Shown: positions 1 to 6,853 of the stretch, one piece after another
Layout: each line of letters begins with the position of its first letter
Position numbering within the stretch: position 1 is the first letter of the stretch
From: a virus
Direction: 5' to 3' (one strand)
IMG/VR virus record: IMGVR_UViG_3300012078_000003
DNA length: 56,966 nt
Notes under the pieces: generated by a model
What the model was told of the DNA's origin: nothing
Databases searched by the model: none
Seen by the model: the letters and a program-made list of their open reading frames with translations, nothing else
Translations under genes and position numbers: made by a program

Positions 1-123
1 GAACAATTCACAAAATTCTTAAATGGCGCAGGTGCGGAAGTAGAAAAAATGGTGGGCAATTTTACAAGTAAGGGCGGTGTGGCTAAAAATGATACAGCCG
101 CCGCAGAGGAACCAACCGAATTC
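1..123 (+). repeat. Terminal direct repeat identical to 56844-56966 (assembly overlap of a circular molecule)
   Basis: Read base by base: gaacaattcacaaaattc...ccaaccgaattc occurs at both ends. Confidence 0.95.
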
Positions 124-340
124 AGATGATATTGCTATCTTGGGCGCGTTCGGCGGCTGGTTTGGTTCTTTATTAACTGCCGTTATATTGATGGTGGCCG
201 TCCGAAACTTAGGCATCAATACACGGACACTTGCCTTGACTAGCGAAAATCTTGAAAATACCAAGCGAAACGCCGAGAACACGACAACGATGATTTCAGA
301 GCTACAGAAAATAAACGCTCAATTAGAAAGGATGCAATAA
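89..340 (+). CDS. Hypothetical membrane protein (one TM segment plus C-terminal coiled coil)
   Basis: Track ORF 77-340. ATG at 89 lies 9 nt after GGGCGGTG. Hydrophobic stretch ILGAFGGWFGSLLTAVILMVAV. Overlaps the end of the junction-spanning ORF. Confidence 0.55.
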   Translation: MIQPPQRNQPNSDDIAILGAFGGWFGSLLTAVILMVAVRNLGINTRTLALTSENLENTKRNAENTTTMISELQKINAQLERMQ

Positions 341-341
341 T

Positions 342-734
342 ATGTCCATTTGTTGCAATTGCCCTACCAAGATTGTATCAACTGCTATCGCGGTGGTTGG
401 CACTAATCTACAAATTACGATCCCCGCTGATCCGGCGCTTACTCCCAGCACAAAATATTGCCTTGTGTTGGCACAGCCCATTCCCGACGCTGGCGAAGCA
501 TTACCCGTTACCATATTGCCAACTGGAGGTACCGCTATTCCGCTGCTGAAAACCATATGCTGCATCACTAATAGTCGCGGTGGTTGCGCCCAGTGCACCT
601 TTGGCGATCAAGAATTTGGCATAGACCTTCCTGAGCGCGGCCGCACACGCATTCCGCTTTACCTCAACAACAATATGAGTGACTTCTTTGACCTCCGTGG
701 AGTAGAGCATCTTCGCCGTTGCGGGAGGGATTAA
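342..734 (+). CDS. Cys-rich hypothetical protein (130 aa)
   Basis: ATG lies 1 nt after the upstream stop, with a GAAAGGA SD. Motifs MSICCNC..., ICCITNSRGGCAQC. No family recognised. Confidence 0.6.
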   Translation: MSICCNCPTKIVSTAIAVVGTNLQITIPADPALTPSTKYCLVLAQPIPDAGEALPVTILPTGGTAIPLLKTICCITNSRGGCAQCTFGDQEFGIDLPERGRTRIPLYLNNNMSDFFDLRGVEHLRRCGRD

Positions 735-736
735 TT

Positions 737-1345
737 ATGCCGTATATGAATCCCGGCATGAACCCCGGCCACGATGAAATGAGCCATGAGGAAAAAAAGA
801 AAGAGCTCTGCAAGGAATTGGATCATATTTGCACATATTTATTCGCCGGTTGTTTATGGCATTTAAGGGCGGCTAATGCTTCGAGAAAAATACATGTTCG
901 CGGCCCGGGACGTTGGCATGATGATGGAGAGGCGGCGGGTGATTTCTGCTCTTTGAAAGGTTTGTTAAAAATGTCTCGGGATAGGCTGAAATATGACCCC
1001 CGAATTGATATGGCAATGGTCGCAAAGGCGGAACCCTATACCATGAATAACCTTGACGATTTTAAGGCCCATTTCCCAATGTGGAAAAAGAATGAGGCAG
1101 AGCTTATCGAATGCCTTGACCATGCTATCCATTTAAGCCGAACCATCAATGCGGAAATATACGAAAAACTCATGTGTCTTATCAAAGAGGTTCAAGGAGA
1201 ATGGACGCAGGTTGATATGGCTGAAGGTAGCTTTATATTTGGTGGCTATATGCCTCATGACGTTGCTGTCAAATCTAAATGGATGCATGAATATATGGAG
1301 CATGAGCATAAAGAGGGCGAAGATATTAACTTCAATCTCGGATAG
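737..1345 (+). CDS. Hypothetical His/Cys-rich helical protein (ferritin/Dps-like fold only a guess)
   Basis: GGGAGGG SD then ATG 737. Segment CLWHLRAAN..HVRGPGRWHDD and a His/Glu-rich C-terminus. Confidence 0.6.
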   Translation: MPYMNPGMNPGHDEMSHEEKKKELCKELDHICTYLFAGCLWHLRAANASRKIHVRGPGRWHDDGEAAGDFCSLKGLLKMSRDRLKYDPRIDMAMVAKAEPYTMNNLDDFKAHFPMWKKNEAELIECLDHAIHLSRTINAEIYEKLMCLIKEVQGEWTQVDMAEGSFIFGGYMPHDVAVKSKWMHEYMEHEHKEGEDINFNLG

Positions 1346-1356
1346 GCGGTGTGCTC

Positions 1357-1779
1357 ATGTCAGACAAAATGAAACGTTGGCAGAAGAACGCCAAGGACAC
1401 CTATAAGGACTTAAAGGACATTGACCCGGACAAGGCCACAAAGCAACAGTTCATTCTGTACGCCGCTTGCATAGCCCTACAAGGCCATAAGGATTGTCAA
1501 GGCGAATCTACCCACCCAACCCCCGAAACCGCCGCACAGGGCGAAAATGAGGGCGGTGGGAGTGAGATACTCCACCATATCAATGACGAGTTATCGGACG
1601 CGAATACCTATTATGATTTGTGGGCGAAAACGAAAGAACCGGCCTATAAGCAATTTTCTTCCGATGAAGTGCGCCACGCTGAATTTTGGTTCAATATGGC
1701 TCGACAAAAAGGTATTCCGCAATCAGAACTGCAAAACGCCATTACGCTTCATGGCGCACTCATGGCAAAATTATCCTAA
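1357..1779 (+). CDS. Hypothetical protein with ferritin-like half motifs (tentative)
   Basis: AGGCGGTG SD then ATG 1357. Helices NDELSDANTYYDLW and SSDEVRHAEFWF (E..Y / E..H pattern). Confidence 0.6.
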   Translation: MSDKMKRWQKNAKDTYKDLKDIDPDKATKQQFILYAACIALQGHKDCQGESTHPTPETAAQGENEGGGSEILHHINDELSDANTYYDLWAKTKEPAYKQFSSDEVRHAEFWFNMARQKGIPQSELQNAITLHGALMAKLS

Positions 1780-1780
1780 T

Positions 1781-1817
1781 AAAACTCCCCCGGCTTATGT
1801 CGGGGGATTGGTTTTAC
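1781..1817. terminator. Bidirectional GC hairpin between convergent operons (hairpin family i)
   Basis: CCCCCG (1787-1792) / CGGGGG (1801-1806) with T-runs on both strands. Confidence 0.7.
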
Positions 1818-1828
1818 TTTAATAAATT

Positions 1829-2116
1829 TCAATTTATTGCGAGTTTTTGCATAATTTTAGACACCTCGCGCCTTATCCATTCTTCTGCTTTGTATTTGCA
1901 TTCGGTTTCGGTTTCACCTGTAATGCACTCGCCGTCAGGCAACCCCGCAATTAATTTATCTCCCAAATAAATACTCGGCTTTGCCGTATGGTCTGGATAA
2001 TACCGAGTAGATACATATACCACAGGAAAATCAAAATCCTGCTTGCCTTGACAATCTTTCGTCCATTGAACTTCTCCGAACTCAAAGCTTTCAAATTCTA
2101 TATTGTCTATGTTCAT
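1829..2116 (-). CDS. Hypothetical protein (95 aa)
   Basis: Track ORF with a GGAAAGG SD upstream of the ATG. Last gene of the leftward operon. Confidence 0.65.
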   Translation of the reverse strand: MNIDNIEFESFEFGEVQWTKDCQGKQDFDFPVVYVSTRYYPDHTAKPSIYLGDKLIAGLPDGECITGETETECKYKAEEWIRREVSKIMQKLAIN

Positions 2117-2165
2117 AATAACGCCGCCTTTCCTGCCTCATTATACCACAACATCCATTTCAGAC

Positions 2166-2197
2166 AAGCCCCAGTTTTTACGCCGAGGTGTCTTTTA
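2166..2197 (-). repeat. Intercistronic hairpin family ii, degenerate copy
   Basis: About 30/32 identity to 2748-2779. The stem CCUCGG/CUGGGG pairs only as minus-strand RNA (G.U). Confidence 0.6.
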
Positions 2198-2202
2198 TGT
2201 GG

Positions 2203-2376
2203 TTAAAATATAGCCTTTCTTATTTGTGCGTCCCGCTCTTTATCTGATAGGCTTTCCCACCAATCGAAACGGGCATTATGCAAGAGCAATTCTGATTGCC
2301 TTTCATTGAAACAATCCTCGCAATAACCCTCGTGAAGACGTTCCGTATCTTCGCCGCATTGTGGACAGTATAACAT
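2203..2376 (-). CDS. Small zinc-ribbon protein (57 aa)
   Basis: AGGAGG SD then ATG. MLYCPQCGEDTERLHEGYCEDCF... Below the ORF-track size cutoff. Confidence 0.6.
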   Translation of the reverse strand: MLYCPQCGEDTERLHEGYCEDCFNERQSELLLHNARFDWWESLSDKERDAQIRKAIF

Positions 2377-2384
2377 GTTCTCAT

Positions 2385-2421
2385 CCTCCTAAACTCCCCG
2401 GCTTATTCGGGGGTGGATTTT
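2385..2421 (-). repeat. 37-nt intercistronic hairpin + SD cassette (family i), identical to 3096-3132
   Basis: Minus strand reads AAAATCCACCCCCGAATAAGCCGGGGAGTTTAGGAGG. Confidence 0.85.
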
Positions 2422-2734
2422 ATGCTATTTCCATCCGCCTATACGCCATAATTTCAACCGATTCCGCAACGCTTAACGGGTTGTCGCCGGATAAATCAAT
2501 TTTCTTCCATTCGCAACCGGAATAAATGATCTTACGGTCAGGCTTAACAACAATTACATTGAATCCAGATAAATCGATATCTCCGAATCCAGAACCGAAA
2601 CATACGCGGCTAAGCGTGAGTAGCCACCGCGGAGTGCTTGCATTTTTAAGTGCCGCCCTATATGATTGCGCTACGCCTATTTGTCTGCCGTTAAATTCAA
2701 TTCGAATGTCATTGCTTGATGGTGTGTTAATCAT
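2420..2734 (-). CDS. Hypothetical protein (104 aa)
   Basis: Track ORF, AAGGAG SD. Confidence 0.7.
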   Translation of the reverse strand: MINTPSSNDIRIEFNGRQIGVAQSYRAALKNASTPRWLLTLSRVCFGSGFGDIDLSGFNVIVVKPDRKIIYSGCEWKKIDLSGDNPLSVAESVEIMAYRRMEIA

Positions 2735-2747
2735 TTCATTCTCCTTA

Positions 2748-2779
2748 AAGCCCCGGTTTTTACGCCGGGGTGTCTTTTT
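2748..2779 (-). repeat. Intercistronic hairpin family ii (CCCCGG-8-CCGGGG) overlapping the stop of 2760-3089
   Basis: The hairpin 5' arm encodes the C-terminal ..DTPA stop. An SD for the next gene follows. Confidence 0.7.
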
Positions 2780-3089
2780 GCCTTTCCAAAAATGCTGAAT
2801 AATCAGACTTGCAGCGTTCTAAAATTTGTTGGCTAGAAGATATTTCTGCTTCCATCCTACTGCTTACAAAATCAAATAACTTTTTATTGGATTTATCGAG
2901 AGAATACATAGCGTAAACACTGTAATTCCTAAACGGTATATCCATCCGACATTTATCCAGCGTCACTCTTGCGCCAATAAAATAAACATGCCGCTGCGTT
3001 GCCCGGTATTGCTTTTCCGTTTCTCTGACTTCGACTTCCTTTATGGCGTACCCGCCAGAGTTGCTATATGTATGTTCATAAACAATCAT
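2760..3089 (-). CDS. Hypothetical protein (109 aa)
   Basis: Track ORF, AGGAGGG SD. Confidence 0.7.
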   Translation of the reverse strand: MIVYEHTYSNSGGYAIKEVEVRETEKQYRATQRHVYFIGARVTLDKCRMDIPFRNYSVYAMYSLDKSNKKLFDFVSSRMEAEISSSQQILERCKSDYSAFLERQKDTPA

Positions 3090-3095
3090 TCTTAC

Positions 3096-3132
3096 CCTCC
3101 TAAACTCCCCGGCTTATTCGGGGGTGGATTTT
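3096..3132 (-). repeat. 37-nt hairpin + SD cassette (family i), identical to 2385-2421
   Basis: Here its 5' part encodes the C-terminal ..STPE stop of 3114-3449. Confidence 0.85.
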
Positions 3133-3449
3133 CCATTAAAATATTCATCGTTCCATTTACCGACAATCTCATTTGCAGGAAGTTCAGACCAGTGTGTATA
3201 ATAACCCGGCCAATTACTATCCAGCGGAGTGCCACAATAGGGTGATTCCGATACTGGCAATTCCCACCACAATACATCCCCATAATCCTCATGCCATTCG
3301 TCTAATGTGCGTAAGGTTTCTATTTTCTTTTGCCGTTCCAGGGCGGTAATTGCAAGTTCTAAATACTTTATAGCCTCTTTTTCATCTTCAAATTGCGACA
3401 AGTCATTTATCCAATTCTTGAAATAACCTATTGCTTGTTTACTATTCAT
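3114..3449 (-). CDS. Hypothetical protein (111 aa)
   Basis: Track ORF. Its start overlaps the upstream stop by 8 nt. Confidence 0.7.
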   Translation of the reverse strand: MNSKQAIGYFKNWINDLSQFEDEKEAIKYLELAITALERQKKIETLRTLDEWHEDYGDVLWWELPVSESPYCGTPLDSNWPGYYTHWSELPANEIVGKWNDEYFNGKSTPE

Positions 3450-3669
3450 TTTGCCCTCCTAAATCCATAGGCTCCTGCCCTATCTTATTAATCGCCACCC
3501 TGTAGCCGAACGGACGCAGTATACGCTCCGCTGTCTCCATGTTTGGTGAAATACCACCATTGCATATTCGACTGATTGTGGAGGCCGCCACGCCTGTCTG
3601 ACGCGATATTTCACGTATGGTGAGGCCGGTGGTTATTTGGGCTTGTAGGAATGCTTGTAGGGTGTTCAT
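3442..3669 (-). CDS. HTH DNA-binding protein (Cro/XRE-like)
   Basis: LTIREISRQTGVAASTISRICNG helix-turn-helix. ATGA overlap with the upstream gene. Confidence 0.75.
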   Translation of the reverse strand: MNTLQAFLQAQITTGLTIREISRQTGVAASTISRICNGGISPNMETAERILRPFGYRVAINKIGQEPMDLGGQNE

Positions 3670-3869
3670 TCGTTCTTCACTCCTTGCGCTATGGATTTGG
3701 CTTTATCTAATTTTCGTTCCTCTCGGATTTCCTTTAGCGCTTCAATTTCATAATCCCTTGCCGTTCTGATGCAGGATTGGCAATAATACCCATGATATGG
3801 GGTAGAAGCGCCATACACGGTCAAATTTCCGCAAAATTCACACGGCGCTATTTCTTTTTCACCATTCAC
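3666..3869 (-). CDS. Small zinc-ribbon protein
   Basis: CEFCGN...CQSC. GTG start. Confidence 0.55.
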   Translation of the reverse strand: MNGEKEIAPCEFCGNLTVYGASTPYHGYYCQSCIRTARDYEIEALKEIREERKLDKAKSIAQGVKNE

Positions 3870-3914
3870 TATCTGGCCCCATCCTTTCTCCCCTCATTCC
3901 GGAGATTTGGTCTA

Positions 3915-4121
3915 CTAATCGACTTTTGCGTCTTTTGATGTATCATAATTCAAGCACGTTTCGGCTTTATCAGAATACATATCATAATCGTTGCATGTGT
4001 ACGGATAACTAAAACGCCACCGAATACAGTCACGGCATTTTCTTCCCGGCGTACATTGCGTTTGAGAATACTGATTATACTTTTTCGCCTTTCCAATGAA
4101 AATATCTGCTGCTGCGTCCAT
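3915..4121 (-). CDS. Cys-rich small protein
   Basis: GGGAGGGG SD 7 nt before ATG 4121. C..C.DC...C pattern. Confidence 0.6.
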   Translation of the reverse strand: MDAAADIFIGKAKKYNQYSQTQCTPGRKCRDCIRWRFSYPYTCNDYDMYSDKAETCLNYDTSKDAKVD

Positions 4122-4139
4122 AGTCAATCCCCTCCCGTG

Positions 4140-4330
4140 GATTTAGTTTTGAGGGCTGATTCTTGACACTTCACATCTGAATTCCTGCTTCAACGATCGT
4201 TGCTGGCTGGCCCAGTCTTACATAATCTCCACAGGCGTAAAATCCGGCGTGTCCCGCCGTACTCAATTTATGATTACGCGCTTAACAGGCGCAAGCCCTC
4301 ATTTAGAATATTGGTGGCAGCATTAATATC
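4140..4330 (-). ncRNA. Candidate omega/reRNA of TnpB (3' end of tnpB plus right end)
   Basis: Position rule for TnpB guide RNAs. Local helices GGCG/CGCC and palindrome CAACGATCGTTG downstream of the stop. Confidence 0.4.
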
Positions 4331-5392
4331 CCTATCGTGAATTGTATCACATTCTGGACATTGCCATTTCCTCACCGCCAAGTCTTTAGTACCTTTGTTC
4401 TGATAGCCGCAACGGGAGCAAGTCTGGCTTGATGGGAAGAATTTGTCTACCCTGATAAGTGCCTTGTGCTGCCATTCACACTTGTACGAAAGCTGGCGGA
4501 TAAACTCATTCCACGATGCATCATTGATAGACTTTGCAAGCTTATGGTTCTTTATCATATTTTTCACTCGTAAATCTTCAATGCAGATAATGTCATAATC
4601 CTTGACAAATTGGGTTGATAGTTTATGTAGGGAATCGTTCCGCTGGTTTGCCACGCGCTCATACAGCTGCGCAACCTTGATCCTTGCCTTATTTCTGTTT
4701 TTGCTACCCTTTGATTTTCGGGATAGCGCACGTTGGGCTTTGGCAAGCTTCTTTTCTGATTGTCGTAAAAACTGGTGGTTTTGAAATTTCTGTCCATCGG
4801 AAGTAATTGCAAAATCCTTTAAGCCTAAATCAATTCCAATTGTCGCCCCAGTGGATTCATATTGTAAAATCTCGACATCGGTACAGCAAATAGAAACAAA
4901 ATATTTGCCGCTTGGGTTTTGGGATATGGTTGCAGAAAGAATGCGTCCATTGACCTGTCTTGAAATTGCGCATTTTGTTTCCCCTATCTTTGGAAGTTTA
5001 ATCTTTCCATCTTTTAAGTAAATGCTATTTTTAACATTTCTGGTTTTATATGATTTTTTAGAAGTCTTTTTTGATTTAAATTTCGGAAATCCAGGCTTTA
5101 AAGATTTTGATTTTACCCTATTGAAGAAGTTTAAAAAAGATTGATCGAGGTTTTTTAGGGATTGCGTCAGTGGAAAACAATCAACTTCCTTCAGCCACGG
5201 CAATTCATTTTTTAGTTGAGTAAGCATTGCATCCGTTTCATAGAAGCGAATAGTTTTTCCATTTTCCTTATATGCATTAATCCTAGTGGCGAGAAAATAA
5301 TTATAAACAAATCGACAACAACCAAATGTTTTGTGAACCAAGACTTCCTGTTCCTTGCTTGGATATATGCGGAACTTATATGTCTTTTCCAT
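4274..5392 (-). CDS. tnpB: TnpB RNA-guided nuclease (IS605 OrfB family)
   Basis: N-terminal [11 protein letters not shown]. RuvC D-E-D motifs [21 protein letters not shown] and HDRDINAA. Zn ribbon CSRCG...CPEC. Confidence 0.92.
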   Translation of the reverse strand: MEKTYKFRIYPSKEQEVLVHKTFGCCRFVYNYFLATRINAYKENGKTIRFYETDAMLTQLKNELPWLKEVDCFPLTQSLKNLDQSFLNFFNRVKSKSLKPGFPKFKSKKTSKKSYKTRNVKNSIYLKDGKIKLPKIGETKCAISRQVNGRILSATISQNPSGKYFVSICCTDVEILQYESTGATIGIDLGLKDFAITSDGQKFQNHQFLRQSEKKLAKAQRALSRKSKGSKNRNKARIKVAQLYERVANQRNDSLHKLSTQFVKDYDIICIEDLRVKNMIKNHKLAKSINDASWNEFIRQLSYKCEWQHKALIRVDKFFPSSQTCSRCGYQNKGTKDLAVRKWQCPECDTIHDRDINAATNILNEGLRLLSA

Positions 5393-5454
5393 CAAAATTC
5401 CTTTCACATGGGAAGGGGTAGGGGCCTATCCTCATTACCCCTCTTTCAATCATT

Positions 5455-5471
5455 CCCCGGTTATGCCGGGG
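5455..5471 (-). repeat. Third family-ii-like hairpin (CCCCGG-5-CCGGGG) abutting the IS left end
   Basis: Follows the stop of 5485-5667. Its SD-like AAAGAGG is followed by the IS rather than by a gene. Confidence 0.5.
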
Positions 5472-5484
5472 TTCGGTGTGTGGT

Positions 5485-5667
5485 TCATCTTGCGATTTCA
5501 TTCCAACTATCGCCCATGCGATTCATTGCGGATTTCGCGCCGCGCTCCGTTGCGTATACCTTGTTAGTATGACGCATTCCTCCGGCTGAAACTTTTAGCC
5601 TAAAGCCATCCGGCGCTTGCGCTATTGAAGCGGTCGCGCCATAAAAATCCTTGTAGTATTTTTTCAT
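5485..5667 (-). CDS. Hypothetical protein (60 aa)
   Basis: GGGAGGG SD 9 nt before ATG 5667. Confidence 0.65.
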   Translation of the reverse strand: MKKYYKDFYGATASIAQAPDGFRLKVSAGGMRHTNKVYATERGAKSAMNRMGDSWNEIAR

Positions 5668-5691
5668 ATCTCCATACCCTCCCATTTTCTA

Positions 5692-5841
5692 TCAATCCAC
5701 AAATGTATTCTTGTTGAAATCAAATATCCCGTAATAGCAACCGTTCTTATGAATCGTTCCTATTCCCAATGAAAGAGATACAATGCGGAATATGCCGCGT
5801 TCACCCAATGCCTTTAATGCGCTGATAAGTTTTTCTTTCAT
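5692..5841 (-). CDS. Hypothetical protein (49 aa)
   Basis: AGGAGGG SD 7 nt before the ATG. Translated by hand: MKEKLISALKALGERG... Confidence 0.55.
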   Translation of the reverse strand: MKEKLISALKALGERGIFRIVSLSLGIGTIHKNGCYYGIFDFNKNTFVD

Positions 5842-5898
5842 GGCGCGACCCTCCTATTTTCTGTCCCAGCAACCGGCGCTGCTGGGTGGGCATTGTGA

Positions 5899-6105
5899 CT
5901 AATTAGTTGTGCCGATCTTTTCCAGACAAAAGGCTAAAGGACAGTTGTTCTTGTGTTCCATTCCTATCAATGCCACTCTTGATGGATACCCTCTCATGTA
6001 GAAAACTTGATCCACTATGTATGCGTGGCCGCAATGCTCGACGATATCTCCAGAAACTATATGCCCGTTTTTCCCCATTACTTTCTTTGCTACAGCGTAA
6101 TCCAT
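5899..6105 (-). CDS. Hypothetical protein (68 aa), first gene of the leftward operon
   Basis: GGGAGGG SD 7 nt before ATG 6105. Confidence 0.65.
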   Translation of the reverse strand: MDYAVAKKVMGKNGHIVSGDIVEHCGHAYIVDQVFYMRGYPSRVALIGMEHKNNCPLAFCLEKIGTTN

Positions 6106-6217
6106 CCTCATGCCCTCCCGTTTCGTTTGTGCTTTCTCTATGGTCTTATTTTATCACTAATGTTGATGATAATCAATAGGAAATATCACCAAAGTTAATG
6201 ATATTATCATGTCTATG

Positions 6218-6253
6218 TTGTCACTTGCTTTAGTGACAAACTGCTGCTATAAT
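6218..6253 (+). promoter_or_regulatory. Operator palindrome TTGTCACT-6-AGTGACAA plus TATAAT in the divergent control region
   Basis: Perfect 8-bp arms at 6218-6225 and 6232-6239. TATAAT at 6248-6253, 21 nt before the ATG at 6275. Confidence 0.55.
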
Positions 6254-6274
6254 TGACGCAGGAGGATTGATATA

Positions 6275-6577
6275 ATGATTTCATACGAACCGTTATTCGA
6301 CAAGCTAAAATCAGCCGGACTTACATCATATAAATTGCGAAAAATGAAAGACCCGATTATCGCACAAGCAACATTAACACGATTGAAGCATAGCAAAGGC
6401 GGGATAGACAATAATACGCTGAATCGTCTGTGCAAATACTTTGATTGTCAACCGGGGGATTTGATGCGCTATGAGTCTGACCCGGAAACTCCATGGCAAA
6501 GAGTAAATGTAGAAACCGGAGAATTTTCAAATACTGATTTTAAGTTGAGCACCGATAAGATAAAATCTGTCGAGTGA
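6275..6577 (+). CDS. XRE-family HTH regulator
   Basis: MISYEPLFDKLK...LTRLKHSKGGIDNNTLNRLCKYFDCQPGDLMRY matches the common Clostridial phage HTH pattern. Confidence 0.8.
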   Translation: MISYEPLFDKLKSAGLTSYKLRKMKDPIIAQATLTRLKHSKGGIDNNTLNRLCKYFDCQPGDLMRYESDPETPWQRVNVETGEFSNTDFKLSTDKIKSVE

Positions 6578-6603
6578 TCCGGCCTTGATCTGTGAGCGAT
6601 TTC

Positions 6604-6642
6604 GTGTCCAATTCGTGTCCAGTAAGCTCAAAAATGTGTCCA
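6604..6642 (+). promoter_or_regulatory. Three GTGTCCA repeats: candidate integrase arm-type sites (P arm)
   Basis: GTGTCCA at 6604, 6615 and 6636. Confidence 0.55.
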
Positions 6643-6712
6643 AATACATAATATTAAAAAGCCAAAAACCACGATAACGAGCGGTTTTTAGTTTTGCGTC
6701 GTACCGGCATAT

Positions 6713-6761
6713 ACAGACTCTGACTCTGTTTGTCTGGGTTCAAATCCTAGTCGGGCAACCA
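6713..6761 (+). other. attP core: 3' portion (anticodon arm to CCA) of a tRNA-Gln(CUG)-like gene, not a complete tRNA
   Basis: ACAGA-CTCTGAC-TCTGT anticodon arm, CTGGG-TTCAAAT-CCTAG T-arm, TCGGGCA-A-CCA. No D-arm or 5' acceptor strand upstream. Confidence 0.75.
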
Positions 6762-6764
6762 GTA

Positions 6765-6805
6765 AAATCCCTTTAACTATGCGGTTTTAGGGATTTTTCT
6801 TTTTT
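6765..6805 (+). terminator. Hairpin + T-run after the tRNA fragment
   Basis: AAATCCCT / AGGGATTT followed by TTTTCTTTTTT. Confidence 0.65.
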
Positions 6806-6830
6806 CCAAAAACCGTTCAATATTTAATTC

Positions 6831-6847
6831 GTGTCCAATTGTGTCCA
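6831..6847 (+). promoter_or_regulatory. Two GTGTCCA repeats: candidate arm-type sites (P' arm)
   Basis: GTGTCCA at 6831 and 6841, immediately before the int stop. Confidence 0.55.
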
Positions 6848-6853
6848 ATAAAT

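Larger units (their letters stand above)
4140..5455 (-). mobile_element. IS200/IS605-family element carrying only tnpB (IS1341-like); ends approximate
   Basis: tnpB has no adjacent Y1 tnpA. A+T-rich insert inside a GC-richer operon. LE-side hairpin GGGGTA..TACCCC upstream of tnpB. Confidence 0.7.

Noticed and set aside
1781-5471. CRISPR-like array formed by the repeated GC hairpins
   Set aside because: The repeats are 300-700 nt apart, separated by SD-preceded genes, and belong to two different families. There are no cas genes in the window.
6680-6761. A complete tRNA gene
   Set aside because: Only the anticodon arm, T-arm and 3' acceptor strand are present. The upstream 30 nt cannot form a D-arm or pair with TCGGGCA. 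It is interpreted as the attP core fragment.
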